From Octopus vulgaris (Eukaryota), in NCBI GenBank assembly GCA_951406725.2, contig OX597830.1, positions 14,136,001-14,200,000 of the forward strand: 64,000 nucleotides of DNA, in the 5' to 3' direction. This document shows, piece after piece, positions 60,137 to 64,000 of the stretch. A program made the translations under genes and the position numbers. The notes under the pieces were generated by a model, which was given only the letters and a program-made list of their open reading frames with translations, was not told the DNA's origin and did no database searches. Within the stretch, counting starts at the first letter, position 1, and each line of letters begins with the position of its first letter.

Positions 60137-60206
60137 CAAGCCAAAGCATGGAATTATCACATAGAAATTTCTTTATGCAAGCACCTACAGAGACATTAAA
60201 GACACA

Positions 60207-61105
60207 CCAATAGAACTAAAAGAGATACTAATACATACCAATAGAACTAAAAGAGATGCTAATACATACCAATAGAACTAAAAGAGATACTAATACATAC
60301 CAATAGAACTAAAAGAGATGCTAATACATACCAATAGAACTAAAAGAGATACTAATACATACCAATAGAACTAAAAGAGATACTAATACATACCAATAGA
60401 ACTAAAAGAGATGCTAATACATACCAATAGAACTAAAAGAGATACTAATACATACCAATAGAACTAAAAGAGATACTAATACACAACAATAGAACTAAAA
60501 GAGATACTAATACATACCAATAGAACTAAAAGAGATACTAATACATACCAATAGAACTAAAAGAGATGCTAATACATACCAATAGAACTAAAAGAGATGC
60601 TAATACATACCAATAGAACTAAAAGAGATACTAATACATACCAATAGAACTAAAAGAGATGCTAATACATACCAATAGAACTAAAAGAGATACTAATACA
60701 TAACAATAGAACTAAAAGAGATACTAATACATACCAATAGAACTAAAAGAGATGCTAATACATACCAATAGAACTAAAAGAGATACTAATACATACCAAT
60801 AGAACTAAAAGAGATACTAATACACACCAATAGAACTAAAAGAGATACTAATACATACCAATAGAACTAAAAGAGATACTAATACATACCAATAGAACTA
60901 AAAGAGATGCTAATACATACCAATAGAACTAAAAGAGATACTAATACATACCAATAGAACTAAAAGAGATACTAATACATACCAATAGAACTAAAAGAGA
61001 TGCTAATACATACCAATAGAACTAAAAGAGATGCTAATACATACCAATAGAACTAAAAGAGATACTAATACACACCAATAGAACTAAAAGAGATACTAAT
61101 ACATA
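60207..61105. repeat. Minisatellite, 29 x 31-bp unit CCAATAGAACTAAAAGAGAT(A/G)CTAATACATA
   Basis: Unit starts run from 60207 to 61075 at a constant 31-bp spacing with no spacers. Confidence 0.97.
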
Positions 61106-61284
61106 CATTATATATTACAAATAGTTCATTTCTATTCAGTTTATTTCATTCTCATTTTCAATTTTCCCGTTTCTATTTTCTATCTCACTTAAAATAGCGT
61201 TCAACATTTAATTGATTTAATAATAAATTACGCCACAGGCCACTCATTCCCTTAAGAGATCAATGGGTAACGCAAGGAGAACAA

Positions 61285-62200
61285 TATTGGTTTCAAAGTT
61301 TGGAACCAAGGGCAGTAAGTTGGAGGGATGTGGCTAAGTCGATTACATCGATCCAGGTGCACAACTGGTACTTATTTTACCGATCCAGAAGAATGAAAGG
61401 TGATGTCGACATCGGTAGAATTTGAATTCAAAACGTAAAGACGGACGAAATACCTATTTCTTTATTACCCACAAGGGGCTAAACACAGAGGGGACAAACA
61501 AGGACAGACATAGGTATTAAGTCGATTACATCGACCCCAGTGCGTAACTGGTACTTAATTTATCGACCCCGAAAGGATGAAAGGCAAAGTCGACCTCGGC
61601 GGAATTTGAACTTACAACGTAACGCCAGACGAAATACCGTTAAGCATTTTTCCGGGCGTGCAAACTTTTCTGCCAGCTTTCCGCCTTAGTTTCAAATTTT
61701 GGCACAAGGCCGGCAGTTTCGGGGAAGGGAATGAATCGAATACATCGATTCCAGTACTCAATTGGTACCTATTTTATCGACGCAGAAAGAATGAAAGGAT
61801 GAAAGTGGACCTCGGCGAAATTTCTGTTCAGAAGGTGAGGACGGACGAAATGCCGCAAAAACATTTTGTCCGGCATTCTAACGATTCAACCGGCTCAAGG
61901 GAACAATAGGGATACCATAATAGTGAAGAGAAAACCCCTGAATATATATGCGATTCCTTTTATTTTATTTTCCCTTGAATATTGGTTTCAAATTATGGCA
62001 CAGGGCCAGCAATTTTGAGGAAAGGCGCAAGTCGATTACGCCGAACTCAGATCTCAACTGGTACTCATTTTATCGAGCTCGAAAGATTGTAAGGTAAAGT
62101 CGACCTCGGTGGAAATTGAACTCAGAACGTGAAGACAGACGAAATGCTGCTAAGCAATTTAACCTGCATGCTAAAGATTCTGTTATCTCACCGCCGCCTT
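61285..62200 (-). mobile_element. Stack of four co-oriented family B SINEs
   Basis: AAGTCGATTAC/ACTGGTAC/GTCGACCTCGG/GACGAAAT motifs recur at ~61285-61454, 61455-61686, 61690-61895 and 61980-62200. Confidence 0.82.
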
Positions 62201-62403
62201 TTTTCCTTTGAATATTCGGTAAGCATTTCGCGAAAAGTAAGTAAACTAGAATGCCCTTTGCTCATAAGTATAATGAACAAATGCGATTTCGCAGATTCAC
62301 TTAACAGACTTCCTAATAAGGATGATTTGGTTCATTTGCATCTGCACACACACGGGGACACACACACACACACACCAACACACATACACACATACACACA
62401 CGG

Positions 62404-62435
<32 letters not shown>

Positions 62436-63154
62436 GGATACGCACGTACACACACACGCACACATACACGGACACGCACACACACGGACACGCACACACA
62501 CACACACACTCACACATACACATACAAACACGGACACGTGCGCACACACACACACACACACACTGACAGGCACACACACACACACACACATACACACACG
62601 TACACGCGCACACACACACACACACATACGGATACGCACACACACACACATACAAAGACATGCACACACACACACACATACATATACACACACACACACA
62701 TGCATGCAAACACGCGCAAACACACACACAAATAAAGTAGCTATGATAACGTATAGTCGCAAACTCCTATTTGAATATTTGAGACCAAATCCAGACTGTT
62801 AATGCTCTAATCAAAACATAAGTCAACAGAAGATGAAATACGTGTGCAGGGGGCCACAGATACAAACAAAATGATAATTATAGGGACATAACTATTGATG
62901 TAAGCGACTGACACAAATTCAAGAGGAATATGGAAAATATTTATGGGGACACTGGTTTCAAAAACCAACATGAAGACGTTAATTAAAAGACATTACACGA
63001 AGATGCACTGATTACTAAGGTTAAGAAAAGTTTTACAATTTGAATCATTAAGCTTACATCCTGATATTAAGGTTTCTTTTACTTATGTATATGTATATAT
63101 AAGAGTGTGTGTGTGTGTGTGTGTATGTGTGTGTAGATATTTATACATACATTT

Positions 63155-63313
63155 AGTGGCTGGGTGGTAAAAAGCTTGCTTACCAACCACATGGATCCGG
63201 GTTCATTCCCACTGCGTGGCACCGTGGGCAAGTATCTTCTACTATAGCTTCGGGTCGACCGAAGCTTTGTGAGTGGATTTGGTAGACAGAAACTGAAAGA
63301 AGCCCGTCGTATA

Positions 63314-63356
<43 letters not shown>

Positions 63357-63995
63357 CTGTGTGTGTGTGTGTGTGTGTGTATGTGTGGGTGTGTCTATGT
63401 GTGCTTATGTGTTTGTGTTTGTCTCTCATCATCGCTTGACAACCGATGGTGGTGTGTTTACGTCCCGGTAACTTAGCGGTTCGGCAAAATACAGCAATAG
63501 AATAAGTACTAGGCTTACAAAGAATAAGTCCTAGCGTCGATTTGCTCGACTAAAAGCGGTGCTCCAGCATGGTCACAGGCAAATGACTGAAACAAGTAAA
63601 AGAGTATGTTTATATAGTCTGTTATCCTGTTATTTGCTTTAGTCATTTGATTGCGGCCGTGCTGGAGTACCGCCTTAGAAGGTTTTTAGTCGAAGAAATC
63701 GACTCCACTACTTATTTTTTGTAAGCCTAGCATTTTTTTTATCGGTCAATTTTGCCGAACTGCTAAATTACAGGGACGTAAACACGCCATCAGTTGTCAA
63801 GCGATGGTAGGGGTAAATACATACACATACACACATAAATACATACACATATACGCACACACATACTACAGGCTTCTTTCAGTTTTCGTCTACCAAAATA
63901 CACTCACAAGGCTTTGGCCAGCCGAGGCTATAGTAAGGCGCCACGCAATGCAGCTAAAGCCGGAACTATGTTTTTGGGTGGCAAGCTTCTAAACC
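63155..63995. mobile_element. Tail-to-tail pair of family A SINEs (+ 63155-63604; - ~63625-63995)
   Basis: Direct similarity to the other family A copies, in opposite orientations. Confidence 0.82.
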
Positions 63996-64000
63996 CATCT

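Noticed and set aside
60207-61105. CRISPR-like array
   Set aside because: The 31-bp units are contiguous with no unique spacers, and there are no cas genes in this eukaryotic context.

Overview
AT-rich eukaryotic (animal) DNA that is almost entirely simple repeats and transposon debris. No host protein-coding exon, rRNA, true tRNA or CRISPR array can be supported. The extreme load of (TA)n, (CA)n, (TATG)n, (GATA)n and (TAA)n tracts and the three tRNA-headed SINE families resemble an Octopus (coleoid cephalopod) genome; this is an inference from repeat content. Nearly all ORFs in the supplied track are microsatellite translations. Recognisable elements: 3' ends of R4/Dong-type restriction-like-endonuclease (RLE) retrotransposons, all beside (TAA)n arrays; two RTE-type LINE fragments, one with a twin-priming-type inversion; an internally deleted mariner; a truncated Tc1; a Gypsy LTR+gag remnant; Penelope-like (PLE) remnants; and a 29 x 31-bp minisatellite with an 11-unit higher-order duplication. 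The least obvious signal is about a dozen minimal type-I hammerhead-ribozyme-like motifs (CUGANGA...GAAA plus a palindromic helix III) in short non-coding elements next to (TA)n tracts, several within long fold-back inverted repeats. All protein and RNA assignments are by eye, without database searches or folding software.
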